Shown in pieces: positions 1-13,387 of a stretch of DNA of 64,000 nucleotides (positions are counted from its first letter, which is position 1; every line of letters begins with the position of its first letter). The position numbers were made by a program, and so were the translations under genes. Origin of the DNA: Ramazzottius varieornatus (lineage: Eukaryota > Animalia > Tardigrada); NCBI GenBank assembly GCA_001949185.1, contig BDGG01000003.1:1400725-1464724 (forward strand). The letters are read 5' to 3'. Under the pieces are notes generated by a model. It had not been told where the DNA came from, did no database searches, and was given only the letters and a program-made list of their open reading frames with translations.

Positions 1-2462
1 TCATTTGCCGTCGTTCAAGGGCAAATAGCACTCTTTGGTGAGACAGCTAACATCACACACGTGCGAAACGGAGCTGGTGTTAACGCGAAGAATCTAATCG
101 ATTATCTGCTTGTACAGCTGCTTTCGCCGCTGGCGTACCTGGACGAGTTGGCAGCCATCCGCGCGCGTTATCGAGAGACCTTCATGCAAATCCTCAAACT
201 GGGACAGGTCGTTGCAAGTGAACAGGTATCCAGCCAAATCGTCAAAAGTACCGTAGGCTTGAACAGAGAACAATTCAGAGTTACCTGTAGGCTACAAAGC
301 TGAAGAACTTGGGTATTCCGCTGACCAAGGGTGCAGGCAATGCCTTTGCATTACGAAATGCGACGTCCGCCCTGACGAAGAACAGCAATATACAGACGCA
401 AGAACACTTCGTCCTGATGCCGTCGAGATATCAGGAAGAGTTCGAAGAAGTTTGTTTGATTGGGCATGGAGGCTTCGGAAAAGTTTACCAGGTAACACAA
501 CGCTCTGAGGAGGCAAAACGGGTTCCTTGTGTTATAAAACCTTGTGTGCTTTCCAGGCCCGAAATCGAGTAGACGGGCAAGAGTACGCTGTGAAGAAAGT
601 CCGCCTGCCCAAGAAAAGTTCTCGAGAGAACATCCTAAAGATATTCCGCGAAGTCAAGGTTCTCGCAGGTCTGCACCACAAACATGTCGTGGGATATAAT
701 GCCGCGTGGCTTGAGCTGGAAAATGAGAACGGTAGGATCTTGTCCCTAGCAAATCATGGCTGTATTTCCGTTGAGACGTAGGCAAATGATTTAAACCAGA
801 TCGCTGTCCCGAGTGGCGCGCAGTATCAGCCGATAACAATGGAAATGTGCGCCACTTGAGACAACGGTCTGGCTTAGTTCTTCCGCTCACGTGTCATTCT
901 TGTTTAGGATCGAAGAATTCGCTGACACATTCGCCTTCAGTGGCCCAGCATCGCGGCGTTGACAGCGAGGTTTCTGCGGTGCATGCACCCTTTGACTGTT
1001 CGGGCTCTTCGCAGTTACAGACATCTCACAGTAAACACAAACACAAGCCCACTTCACCCACACCACCCAAAGAAAAGGAAATGGAAAAGAACGCAATACA
1101 GGTGATCACACCTGCCGTTGAGGAAATTATCTCAGATCACGAGCTCTCAATAACACAAGACAGCGATGACAGTGTTGTCTTCCTTCGGGCAGACTCTGAG
1201 CAAGACTTTGCATCTCAGATGAATACACTTCCTGAACCTCAAAAACTTCCCTCACCGCGGAAACCTCGTACGATAAGCCATACACAAGCCGACTCTTTTG
1301 AAAGAGCTGTGAAGAGACGGATCAAATCTGCCAGAGTTTCGCATGAAAGTAACCTGAACAGTCAGTTCCCGACGTCGCTGAAGATCCAAACAGCGGCAAT
1401 ATCACAGACACCCGTAGTCTTATTCATCCAGATGGAACTATGTGGAAAGACGTTGAGAGACTGGATCAGCGAACGGAATGCGGAGCTGTGCGACGATAGT
1501 GGGAACCTGCAGGACCCGGCTGCGACGGTGGACCTGGTTGAAGTGAACAGGATACTCAAGCAAGCGCTGAAGGGAATTGACTACATACACTCAAAAGGAC
1601 TTATTCACCGAGACTTGAAGGTAAGCCCACTTCATTAAGAGTGAATACTTGGAAGCTGTTGACTGAAGCCGCAACACTTTTTGTATGTATCCTCACCTTG
1701 GCTCTTTCAGCCGCGCAACATCTTCTTCCACTTGCAAGACAACCGTATCATGATCGGGGATTTTGGACTAGCGAGAAAAGACCTTCTTACCTCAGGCGAA
1801 GGTAAGTTCTTCTAGCCCTAAAATAGAACATTGATTTGTTCAGTGTATAGTATCTTGGTGTCTTGCGTGTAGTACCGTATCGCATGGCGTTTAAAGATGA
1901 ACTGTCGAGTCTTCATCAAACTTTTCTCTTTGCGGGTTAGATTTCAACCGATCACCAGAACCGTCGCCGGTAAGACGACTGAGCATTGGCGTTGGAACTG
2001 TGACTTACTCATCGCCCGAACAACTTCATGGTTCTGCGTACGATTTGAAGGTGGGATGACGAAAGCTCTGCGCAGTTCTCGGGTTCGAGTTTCATGCGGT
2101 CCGCTAAACGATAAATTTGCTTGTAGACGGACATGTTCAGTATGGGTATTGTGATGTACGAAATGCTCTGGCCCTTCGCGACTGAAATGGAACGAGCCGT
2201 GTGCCTCTCCGCAATACGGGCCGGTCGTCTGTCTTCGGACTTTGTTGCTCGATATCCCGCTCATGCCAAAGTCATTCTCAAGCTTCTGCAACCGGACGCT
2301 GCTGCGCGACCCCTGGCTAGCGATGTGCTAGTTTCTGATATTTTTGTAAACAAGGATCTAGTGATTCAAAAGCTCTCGCAGCAGGTTGCTCAGTATCAGA
2401 GTGAACTGCATAGTGCGCATATGCTACTTGCCGAACGCTGTCCACTCTCTGCAACAGAATGA
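1..2462 (+). CDS. EIF2AK1: eIF2-alpha kinase, HRI-like; multi-exon, probably 5'-partial
   Basis: Spliced ORF pieces give SRYQEEFEE, IGHGGFGKVY, YAVKKV, REVKVLAGLHHKHVVGYNAAW, a long kinase insert, LFIQMELC, IHRDLK|PRNIF, IGDFGLA, DMFSMGIVMYEM and a C-terminal coiled-coil-like segment. The N-terminal LLSPLAYLDELAAIRARY resembles the HRI N-terminal domain; no PERK transmembrane segment or GCN2 HisRS domain is seen. Confidence 0.8.
813..855. repeat. Intronic palindrome copy 1 (TGGCGCA-N27-TGCGCCA family)
   Basis: gtggcgcg(820)-27 nt-(848)tgcgccacttgagacaac, in the kinase intron at about 732-907. Confidence 0.85.
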
Positions 2463-4177
2463 GCTTGTACCACAGTGCTCAGGTATAGATTGTATCAGTT
2501 TCACCTTTCACTTGTGTGTCCCCGTTTTCTTTGGCCGCGCGGACTCCCTGTTGGTCGTGTATTCCACAAAGGTAAGGATAAGTGCAGAGACGTGTATGAA
2601 GTTTCCGCGAACTCCGGCGAAATTTCTTCCGCGTCGAGCTGTCTTGTTGAGGACATGCCTGAATTTGTGAGGGGAGTAATTTGGACCCTGACATTTACAA
2701 GAACGTTAACTAGCCTGTGCTTTACTGGACGAACGCTGAAGTGACTTTGCCGGAATGAAGAAACTGTAATTCGGATGCGATGCGAATCCGAATGCCCCTT
2801 TATTGAGCAGGGAACCAGCACAAAAATGTAGGGGGAAGAATTTTTTCTCGTGCAGCGGCACGAGAAACAAAACGAATGAAATGAAGTTTGCCCATCAGCG
2901 TCACACACGATTGAGGAGAATGTAGGCTATGTTGTACAGAGAAAACAGGTACTGATAAGAAACCCGGCATCGAGTGCGAAAACCGATCATGCATAACGAT
3001 ATGAAAGCAGCGTAAACAGTGTAAAGCTTGGATGGGAAGGAAGGAACAGACGCTGTGGCACTGTGAGAAAACCAGTGGTCAGCACGCGGCAACTAAACTT
3101 GAAGTAGAAGCGCATATTAGTCTCACAAGTCTAACACACGACATGTTGATGCATTTACACTATTTAACGTTTTCGGTAATTTCGACACAGAATTTGGCAA
3201 CGTAGATTAATGGAGGAAGGTGTCTTCTATTATATGCAATCGTCGAAATCAGCATTCACATGCCTTTCGACACCGAAGAATCTCAGGGGAGGCGTTCAGC
3301 AAAACAGCAATAAGGGATCAATGCGAAAGGGTGCCTACAGCCAAACGGGACTTTTAGGGGTGCCCCCCTGTTTATAGCTATTTCCGTCCTTTTATTTGGA
3401 TTCGAAAACTAAGAAAATCGTCTTTTTGATTCATCTGTCATTGGTTGATGTATGAAACTTTATTCGAAGTTTGCACACACCAGCAACCTTGGTTTGCCAC
3501 AAGGACACTGTAAGCAGGATCAGCCTTTAGGGAAATTGGAGAATCCAGTTAATTTCAGACCTATGAAGAAAGAAGACGATCAAGCACATTCAGACCGCGG
3601 TTAGATTCCACTTGTGGAACACTGAACGGAAGGAAGAACTCGCTCTTCGGTTTCCGGCATGCCGGCTACCACTCGGTGGCAGATTGCAAGCAGCGTTGAA
3701 AGTCCTCAACGGCAGCCCGGAGGAGACGATCACAGCCTGGAAGACACTGACCACAGACTGACGTCGGCTACGTTTAGAGGTTCGGTGCCGAAGATTGAAA
3801 AGATCGTCCTCGAGTTCCGCATCCTCAACCATGTCATGCCCCTAATGGTCTATTGGTTAGAAAGTTGATCAGAAGGTCAATCGAAAACTGGCCCATCGGT
3901 CTGACCAAAGTTTGGTCAAGTCCACTCTGACTGAGTTCGCAGTTGTTCTTGGTTTTCTGATGCTTTCTTCGAATAAATCATTGAAAACAGACAATGCATG
4001 GTCACACGCTGAGGGTTGCTACTGGCGATGACCTACCACAAGATCAGAGTACTCTACTTTCGAGACTGGCAACTCATGAACTGGAAGGTGATACTTCCGA
4101 AGTTCCCTGTATCATTACCGCACACCGCGCTGCGCGTATCTTCTGATCTACTAGCGACTTCGTCCGGCTTTCCCATC

Positions 4178-4684
4178 ATGATCAAACTCACGTCCCTTTG
4201 TTTATTTGCCGTATTGACCATTTCCAGCTCTAAACGTTCCACAGCCGAAGACGCCAGTCTCCCATCAGATCCCAACTGGAACTGGGACGAGATCTATGAC
4301 GAACATAAGTCTGAAGGCGAAGACTGGAATGATTGGTATGCACGACGTTATGGCGAACAGCCCTGGTGGTGGGACGTTTCATCCGACGACAGCGACGTCA
4401 GGACAGCTCGTCAAGGTCTCAAGCCATCCCTGCCATCTGTTCCTGGCTCGCGTCCACCAGCACCGAAAGGCTTCGAGATACCTCCGTTGAGTGATATCGC
4501 CGCATTGTACCGCGACCAAGGCTACGCCTTCAGCAGTGCGCGACAGATGGAACACGAACCACGAATGTCGCACCAAGTGGCGCAGCGGGCTGTCAGCGGA
4601 CGACTAGCTGGACTGGCTTACGCCCGACAACAAACGCTGCGTTCGACGGCCAACAAGCAGGCAAAACATCTGCCGCATCATTAG
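4178..4684 (+). CDS. Orphan secreted protein, 168 aa, Trp/Asp-rich
   Basis: ATG at 4178 gives MIKLTSLCLFAVLTISSS (signal-peptide-like), then KR, DPNWNWD, DWNDWYARRYG and QPWWWD; single uninterrupted ORF. Confidence 0.65.
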   Translation: MIKLTSLCLFAVLTISSSKRSTAEDASLPSDPNWNWDEIYDEHKSEGEDWNDWYARRYGEQPWWWDVSSDDSDVRTARQGLKPSLPSVPGSRPPAPKGFEIPPLSDIAALYRDQGYAFSSARQMEHEPRMSHQVAQRAVSGRLAGLAYARQQTLRSTANKQAKHLPHH

Positions 4685-5034
4685 TAAGACCTTAACCCTC
4701 TCTGCGAAAACTCTTTCCCGACTCATGCCCAAAGATTCATACCGTCTTCTCAGGAAATTCTGGCAAGACATTGTGTATTCAAGGTGGTTTGTTTTCTTGT
4801 GGAAAATAATTTGTTTCATTCTGATTTGTTCTTTGTTATATTTACAGCTGTTCTAGCACCAAACCGAGAATGAACGACCCGCACGTATTACATGAAGTGA
4901 GAGTGTCGAAAGTCAAATGTGGCGCTAAAACAACAACAAAGGAGAGTAAGTAAAAATGATAAAAGTGAAAAGCGGGTTAGAACAGGTGAGACGGTTTGAA
5001 CGAAAGGCTAAAATTTCAGAGATGATTCTAGTGT

Positions 5035-8000
5035 TCATGCGTCAGGTAACATCACAAAATCCTCCACGACGACCTGAGGCACGTAAGGGTTGTGCAAGTC
5101 TTCGGGGTTACGACAAGAAGGGTCGTGCATACCGAGGTCCTCCTGTCGCCACGCCCAGTAGATTCGCTGCTTCGAATGCAACATTTGAGCCTCCAACCTT
5201 TGTCTCGTTAACATTTCAGTCTACAAAATGAAATTACTTCTGTCTCATCACTCAAAAGTGAGTAACTATGTACCTTAGCACTGTCAAACTTGTCGTCAGA
5301 TTCTTCCAACCACTTGATCAGGTCCAGTCTTCGCTCAGGACTAGTCTTCGCTCTATCTTCCTACAGAGTGAAAGAAATGGCCAGTCAGGCACTGAATGAG
5401 AGTTCGGCGAACAAACTCAGCAAGACTGTCTCCCCACGTGGCGCACGCTTTCGGTGTTACTGACTGAGAGCATGCGCCACTTGGAAAACACAAAGTTGCC
5501 GATTTTTTTCCGACTGGCGCACCGTGCCGATGAAATTGGCTGGAAACATGCGCCATTTGGAAAAACGATCATGTCGAGTTTGTTTGCCAACGTCTCAGTT
5601 TGCAATGTCCAAAGTTTCGTACCTGTTCTTGGGACTGGAAGGACCGATTAGATTCTTGTTCGCTCATGATCATGCAGGCGCTGAAAGGAATAGGTATACC
5701 AGCTGATATACGGCTGAAGCGTTGATGGAGTCTCCACATTTCCTGTTCAGCACCCATGATCAAACGATCACGCTCCATCAGGTGATTGCGCATCAGCGAC
5801 CTTCGTTCTTCCTCTTGTTCGTCAAAGCAAGTCTTTAAGGCTAACGGCAATACCGGAGGAGCTTCTCTCTTCTAGACCAGAAAGAACATTACTGTAATGC
5901 TTCATGANNNNNNNNNNNNNNNNNNNNNNNNNNNNNNNNNNNNNNNNNNNNNNNNNNNNNNNNNNNNNNNNNNNNNNNNNNNNNNNNNNNNNNNNNNNNN
6001 NNNNNNNNNNNNNNNNNNNNNNNNNNNNNNNNNNNNNNNNNNNNNNNNNNNNNNNNNNNNNNNNNNNNNNNNNNNNNNNNNNNNNNNNNNNCGCGTAGGG
6101 TTTACGGGTATGATGACGCATAGAGCACACGCTCACTATGACGTAGTTCGCGAAGTTCATGAAGCATTACAGTATGTTTCTGTTAGTCTCATGTTCACCG
6201 AACGGAATGGAAAGATAGACGACTGACTTACAGGCGGCATCGAAGAGTCGATGGAGTAATTCTGCCGGAGGATCAAGTAGTCGTTGCAGTTCTTCGGAAA
6301 GACCTTCATGGCGAAAGTGTTTGTGTATTTCTTCCAGTTTTCCTCGACCTGAAACAGTATCCACACAGGGAATAACATCATATTCACCGAAATTTTGGGG
6401 GAAGCAACTAGAAGGCGTTCAAACCTGTCGTCGTTGGTTGATAAATTCCTCAATCTCATTGCGAATCGTCAGCCTCTTTTTGAAGGGCAGCCTATTAAGC
6501 GGTTCACTGCTACTCGATCCCATCGAGATGTCCACCGGTATACCCACTGACTTGGAGGGCGACTCGAGTTGCGGCGTCTCCTTTACTACGACCGTTTCTT
6601 CCTTTTTGGTGGGCGACTTGGCTGCCGCCTCCATCGCCAGCTGTTTCTTCGGCGAGGCTCTGGGTCGCTTCTGCTTCTGTTCAGCCGTGTCGATCACTGC
6701 TCCAGGCGGAACCTCCGTCTCAGCCGCTGCACGCTTCCCACGTCCCCTCGTGGGCTTGTCCTTGTCCTCTTTGGCGTTCTTCCGGCGTGTCGGTGTGATG
6801 GGCTGTCCGGAAGCCGCGGCTGCCGCAGCTCGTTGTGCTCTTGTCAGACGCTTCTCGGGTTTTTCCGCACGCTCTTTCTTCGTCGCTGACTCTCCCCTCT
6901 ACAACGAAACACTCATTCCAGCATTTCCAGTATGGCCTGCAGTTCCTATTTCAAACGTTTCATACTTCACGGTAGCATAACAAAGAAGTATGGTACCATA
7001 AGAACAGAAATCAGACAATCGAGGAAATCAGGCAATACTTCCGTCGTACCAAACCTTTGGTGACGGCAGCATGCCAAGATTGTGATACTGAAAATAAAAA
7101 TGGAGGTTCCATCGTACCTTCTTTCCTTTCGGCTGACTCGTTTCGCCTTCTTCCCCCGCGACATCTCCACCACCTTTAACAACTTTTACATTACTCCAGC
7201 TGAAAGCCGCTTGCTCATTTTTTGGAGTCGTGTCGACATTCTCCCTTGAATCCTTCCCCTCTTTGACTTTCACCTTTTCTTTGTCCTTCTCTTCCTTCTT
7301 TGTTTCTTTATTCTTCGTCTTCTCGGCTTTCTTGTCCTGTTTCTTCTCGGTCGACACGCCGAACAGCACCTTGGTGCCACTAGTCGACATGGCCGACACG
7401 AAGGCCGACGTGGGCACGTTGGGCATCCGCACAATAGAGGCCATGGGACCTCCACTGAGCCTACCCACCATAACCGGCGCAGCCACGCTCACTCCAGACA
7501 CACTGGGTGCGCCAAGCATACTCGAAGAAGTGGTAACAGTGCCGCTGGTCATAGCAGTCACTATCGGAGGAGACGAGACGCTGACTGAAGTACCACCAGC
7601 CGGTACCGTGACAGAAGCAGCACTGGTGGCAGTGATGGCAGTGATTGTTACCACCACCACTGGTGGCACGTTGGTCATCGAAGCTGTGACGGTGGCAGTT
7701 CCGTTCGTAACCGGTGGTAGGCTGGCCATCGAAGTGGTGACAGTGGGGATGGTCGGTGTTGAAGAAGTTTGTTCGGCGGTGGCGGGTTCTTTAGGTACTT
7801 GTGATAGCGGAAGTGGTGGTACGGAAGGCTGGCTTTGATGAGGTGGAACGGCTTCGTGGGTTCCAGCAGAGACCACGGCTGGCTTTTCCGTGACTGGAAG
7901 AGTGCTGGTTGTGTGGGTGGGCGGTGGCACCAGAGGAGTTTGTAGTGGAGCAGTGTTGGGTGAAGGATTTGTGGCCGCAGGTACTTGAGGTTTCAGGGTC

Positions 8001-11000
8001 AGTGTAGTAGAGGAAGAGGGTGGTAAAGGAATGTCTTTGGAGATATCGGACTTCTCGACTTTCTTCTCGGTTGGATCGGCAGCTGGCTTCGCGCCTTCAC
8101 GAAGGATAGTGGGACTTGTCGGATGTGATTGCAAAGTGGGCTGTTTAGCAGTCGACACTTCTCCACTTCCAGAATCTCTCGCTGAAACGGCGCCATTCTC
8201 GGGTTCTTCATCCTTTTCAGTCGCCCCCTCGGTCTGTTTCTGGAAAAGCGAATACTTTGTGACGAGTGCCTAGAATCATTTATCATGGTACGCGACAACA
8301 TCAACACTTAAAAGACCAAGGGGGTACCCCGGTTGCCTGGCGCACCCCAGAAGCCTTGCGGAATGGCTACTGTTGAACCTTATCGTCTCAAATTTTCACG
8401 TTTGTTTTCGGAAACTTTGAAGCTTCCAGTTAAAAAAGATGTGAATTGGCTAGCAGCTTTCTGAAACTTTCGAGAGACTATTTGGTTTTTGACCAGATCG
8501 TGTCTTGAGTTGACAGACCAAACTTTTACTCAAGAGCTGGCTGACGGGAAGCTTCCTTGAAAATTAGACACAGAGCTAGTACATTGGTACCGTCTTAGAC
8601 GCTTCAGTATGTTCCATGCTGTGTGACCAGTAGTCAGAGCAAATTAAAAAGGTCTGACACTTTGGGTCACTTAGTGGCGCATTTTACTCGAAAAATGCCG
8701 AGCGTACATGTGGTGATTGGCCTGATCTGACCCCGCCCCATGATTTCAGCCAGTTAAAAATTGGGGAAGGTGATCTACCCCCCCCCCCCTTGTACTCCCA
8801 GAGCTCGGAATTGCGTGGTCTTTTAAGTGTCAAGCAAAAGCGGCAGGGAAAAACGGCGTTCGAAATATCCTGAATCCAGGCAAAGCAGCTCGATACGATT
8901 CCATTACAAAGTGAAGCATTCTTCCAGAATATCCTCGAAACTTGCGCCAAAAGATCTTCTTGCCAAGTGGCGCACGTTTTCGGCTGATTATACCGTAACT
9001 TTGCGCCGCCTGAAAAACAACTCTCGTCGAGCTTCTTTACCCCTTTACCGAGCCCCAATTTGTAACTTACTTCAGCAACTATGTCGGCAGCTTCTTCAAT
9101 CTTCTCTGCATTCATCGGCGCTGTTGGTGGTGGAGGAACAGTCTCTGGCGGGGATCCAGCCGAAGATTCCGCGGTTGGGACCTCAACAGCCGGAACACTC
9201 TCCTTCTTCTCTTTCTCTTTCACGTTCTTTGAGTCCTTCGGCTCGCCCAACTTTCCCATTTCATCAGCCATACCATCCACGGGTTCATTAGTCCCCGACG
9301 TGGCGCTCGACCCTCCTTTCTTGGCTGGCGTTACGAGCATCGGGTTCGAAATAGTCGGCGGCGGATGACTTAGAACAGCGGCTGCGGAAACTGATGGAAC
9401 CGTTTCTTTCATAGGAGCATTTAAAGACGCACTGATTAAAGTCGAAGCCTACAGAAAAAGAAAAATAAATCAGATAGTGTAGGAGAAATCGAGATTATGA
9501 AAGCAGCGTAGAGGGAATTTGATGACAACACCGATATCCTCTTTCTCCTCTTCCAGACACAATTAGCTGCACGTGCCCCATGAGCAAGGATTTCCCGATG
9601 GGATATCCGGTTAGATATCGATTATCGTACCTGGAAAGATTGAGACTGCGTCGGTGTCATCTGCGTCGCTGAAGGCGCTTCCGGCGGTGTGGCTTCTTCC
9701 TCATCGCTGATATCCTCATACTGCGACGCGGTGGCATTTTCTTTCACCTTCACCTTTTCTTTCTCGACGACGGGATCGGCTGGCTTCAAGACTAGGGTAT
9801 TCCTTCCTACGAAAATTGCAGGCACACCCGGAGCGAAATTACCCAAAGCTGCGCTCGTTGAAACCGTTTCGCCTTTCAGTTTCTTTCTCTGGAAATTTCG
9901 CTCCTCAGTCGACAGCTTTTCTTTCTTCTCACTTTCAGCCGTCTTGTCCTTCGTTTCCTTGTCTGTTGAAATCGGTCGATTCGTATGGTTATCCTGGTCT
10001 CTACCTTCAACCATTTTCTTTTTCGTACCTTTATCTTTGTCAGCTTTCTTTCCTCGCTGCTCGCTTTCCGACAGTTGCCGCACTCGTTTCTTCGGCGATG
10101 TCACTTCTTTGCCTTCTTTGCCCGTAGTCGGCATGGTCTCCTTCTTCTTCTTCGCAGGAGCCTGTTTCAGGACGGGGCCGGAAGTGGAAGACGAATAGTA
10201 GCGGAGAGAAGGAAGGGGACCGATGTGCCTTTGCAGCAGCTCGGTCAGTTCTGGCTGATTCTTGGTCGCTTCTTCTGCCAACTTTAGACAGTTCTCCCCG
10301 CGGTTGTTTATGGCTGCAGGATTGGCCCCAGCATTCATCAGCTCCTTCGCAATCTGGAAATTCAAACGAACGGATTATTCCTGGAAGAGATCAGTCCAAG
10401 GCACCAACCAGATCGATAACAAGTGCCCCCATTCCACACTGACCAACTGTACAACTAGGAGGCGGAGCTACACGGCCACACCTCCACAAAACCAAATGAA
10501 AAGTAAATCCTAAAGGTTCATCTGAATTCGAGAATTCACAGAGCTGTTTGATATGTCCGCTAGTCGATAAATCTGCTAGTCGAGAATAACGGTATAGAAT
10601 GGTACATTCACTACAGTAGTACGTACATTTAGATGGCCGTTGATGATGGCGTCCATCAGTGGCGTGACATCGCCCATTCCTTTCGCGTTCAACTCTGCTC
10701 CGGCCGAAATCAAGAACCTGCAGACATCTTCCCTACCATGGTTCGCGGCTTCATGTAAAGGGGTCCAACCTGGGAAATCAGGTTTTAGTGACGGAAAATT
10801 CCACCTTTGAAGAAAGTAGATATTTCAATTTTACCGGCGTTATCAGCTGCATTCACATCTGCGCCATCGTCCACCAGTTTCTTCGCTGCCTCCAGATCGC
10901 CCTTCTTACTGGCGACGTGTAGAGGCGTCTCTCCTTTACCATCTCTCCTGTTCACACTCCGAGCTTCGCGGCTTTCTTTGGCAGAAGAAGTGCTAGACGG

Positions 11001-12074
11001 CGTGGAGGAACGATCTGGACGCGGGAAAGTCGTATCAGGCGAACTTCTCTTTTCTAAAAAACGCGAAACACTCCGAAAGAAACCTCGTAAATTAGCGAAG
11101 TAATTTTCGGGCGATCGAAGAACATTCCGTTAGCCTTTACCTGATTCCAAAGCTTCTTTCCGCAGTAAAGCCAACTGCTGTCGTTCAGACACGACAGAAA
11201 GCGGGCTGCCTGGAGCCGGAAGTTCGCGCGACGGCTTTCTCTTAGTGACGCTTTCCGGAGTGGCTCCCTCGGCCTTATTCAGGCTAAACTTCTTTGGTCC
11301 ACCTTCCACTGACACGAGCGAACCAGGAAAGAAACAAACTGCGCATTCCTCGACATAATTTCAATAATTCACGATATCCTGTACCTTCAAGGTTTTTGAC
11401 AAGGCTTGGGTGGAAAGCCTCTCCCACGTCAGGAGTAATGGGCGAACCGAGCGGTGTTGTGATGCTTTCGAAATCTTCAGTGAGCTTTATCTGGCTCAGG
11501 GTATTCAGCAAAGCGGGCTTCAGTGAGGAAGGCTTGGGAGAACTTACCTGCGAAGATATCCACAAACTGTTACAGCCCTCAAACCCCGCGCTAGTTCACC
11601 TGGGCAGTTTCAGGGGAAAATCTTTTCACTTACGGTAGGTTCTGCCGTCTTACCGGCCAAACGCGGCTTCACATCCGATAGCTTTGCCGGTAACACAGGT
11701 AAGGATGTCTTCGATGAGTTTCCGCCTGCAGTGATCTTTTCATAAACCTCCTCTCGAGGGAAAGCGTAGGGGTCCACTGGAGCAGTGGACGGTGCGTTCG
11801 GTGCGGTGAGCTCATCGGGGGAGCCTGCGAGCAAACGGACTTTCTTGGTCTTTAGAGTGCGAGCATGTGATTATTTCTTTGTATTCCCTAGCTGAAAACA
11901 CCTACCAGAAGGGGGACACGATGCGTCTGAAGTTTTCAAGGGAAGGATGGAAGTCGAGGGGATCGATTTGGTAGCCACCTCCAAAGCGCTGTCCGACTGG
12001 CTTGCTGCGGTGCTCTTCTTGTCCGCAACGTCGCCCGACTTTTCCTCAGTCCTGCCAGTACTTGGTAGCTCCAT
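5035..12074 (-). CDS. Ankyrin repeat domain protein 11/12 homologue; multi-exon
   Basis: SERQQLALL motif; ankyrin repeats (GETPLHVAS, GWTPLHEAANHG, TPLMDAIINGH at about 10625-10950); Lys/Glu- and Thr/Ser-rich low-complexity middle; C-terminal PFSACMIM, KWLEESDDKFD, RQRLEAQMLH and YVPQVVVEDFVMLP* match the ANKRD11/12 C-terminus. The start codon is uncertain. Confidence 0.85.
5438..5556. repeat. Intronic palindrome copies 2 and 3 (tandem pair)
   Basis: Units at 5438-5480 and 5514-5556, both with 27-nt spacers, in the ANKRD intron at about 5362-5622. Confidence 0.9.
5880..6183. repeat. Foldback element spanning an assembly gap (N at 5908-6091)
   Basis: agaacattactgtaatgcttcatga to the left of the gap is nearly the reverse complement of tcatgaagcattacagtatgtttct to the right; lies in an ANKRD intron. 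Confidence 0.7.
8967..9009. repeat. Intronic palindrome copy 4
   Basis: gtggcgca(8974)-27 nt-(9002)tgcgccgc, in the ANKRD intron at about 8270-9070. Confidence 0.85.
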
Positions 12075-13387
12075 AAAGATTCAAAGTCAATCAGGTTAAC
12101 ACAGAAGGCAGATGCGGAAAAATGCAAATCCAACATATTATTCCGAAAATCAAAATTTTATTTATTATTTTCAGTGGAGTGCTGCTAAAAGGGATTCCAC
12201 TTGCACATGGGCTGCCAAAATCGCAAGCCGTCGAAAAAGACCTTTGATGAATCTGATCAAACAGTTGGTAGTGCGTACACACAGATACCCGGTTCAAACC
12301 ATGTCACTCACGCTTTTTGCAGCCCCGTGATTGCTTGCGTTTGGCGAGACGGTTTTCTTCTGGTGCTCGGATCCCTTGATTGGATGAAGAGCTCATCTTG
12401 AGTTCTGTTGATAGATTACACTACATTACGTACTGTATATCACCAACGTATGACGTACACCATATCGGTCCTACCTATTTGTTTGCGGAACGAAATCAAT
12501 CAATGCTCAATCAGTGTGTTTGACGTTCCGGCAAGCCCCCCTTTAGCAGCTCATGTATGATTATTTTTCTGCGTCCGGTCATAGAAGCGAAGCGGTCTGT
12601 ACAAATAAGCGAGGCACTGACACGAACAAGCCGTTTGAGTAGACGGAACGGCATGCGAAAGGAGAATCAGCTGTACGCGTAAGTTCCACATTCAGATTCC
12701 CTGCAGTGTATCTTCCGCTTCCTCATTCCTCATTTTCTCTGGGTTACGTATGAATCGGATATCCTAATTTCGGTACGAGTTGGTACGACGTGCCGTTCCC
12801 CTTGCATTGATCTCTTTCGGAGTTGGACGTCGAGGCTATAGGTTGGCTAAGGTAGTGTGCTCGGGCGAAAGGTGAATCTCGTCCCAAGGAATCTCTTGTA
12901 CCTGACGCGCGTCACGCGCCCATTCTCTTCACACGGTAAGCCGTAAAGAATTATGTTTGCCTGCAAATTAGGAAATTTCTCCTTTTTTGTTGGCATGTTA
13001 TCTTCGTTCGCGAACGGCGCGTTTGCGTTGGGAGTGGGCTAAACATGGGACTAGGCCAGTAAACAAGTTTATCCACGGAGTTCTTATGCGCTTGGATGCA
13101 TGATTGTTTGATTGGTGGGCGATGTCTGTGTAGACTGTAGAACGCGTTGTCGATCTTTTTAGTAGATCGACAACGCATTCTCCCAATCTTGATGTCAAGC
13201 AACACACTTTCCCCTTCCAAATTGATTCCTGAAATTTTACAGAAGAATTTCTACAATATTTCTGCTGACCGAAAGACTGCAGCTCGTCCATTCGACCATG
13301 GGCTTAAGACTGTCTTTTTGCAGGCAGTCCACTGACAAAGCCGCCCAACTCGCGTCTTCTTCTGCTGCGCCCAAAACAGAACCAGAA

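Noticed and set aside
2501-3868. ORFs at 2501-2908, 2901-3092 and 3590-3832 (the last has an RSRR site)
   Set aside because: No signal peptide or homology that I can support; they may be UTR or intergenic.
6321-10198. Long plus-strand ORFs (6321-6980, 7230-7838, 9689-10198)
   Set aside because: Antisense shadows of low-complexity ANKRD exons.
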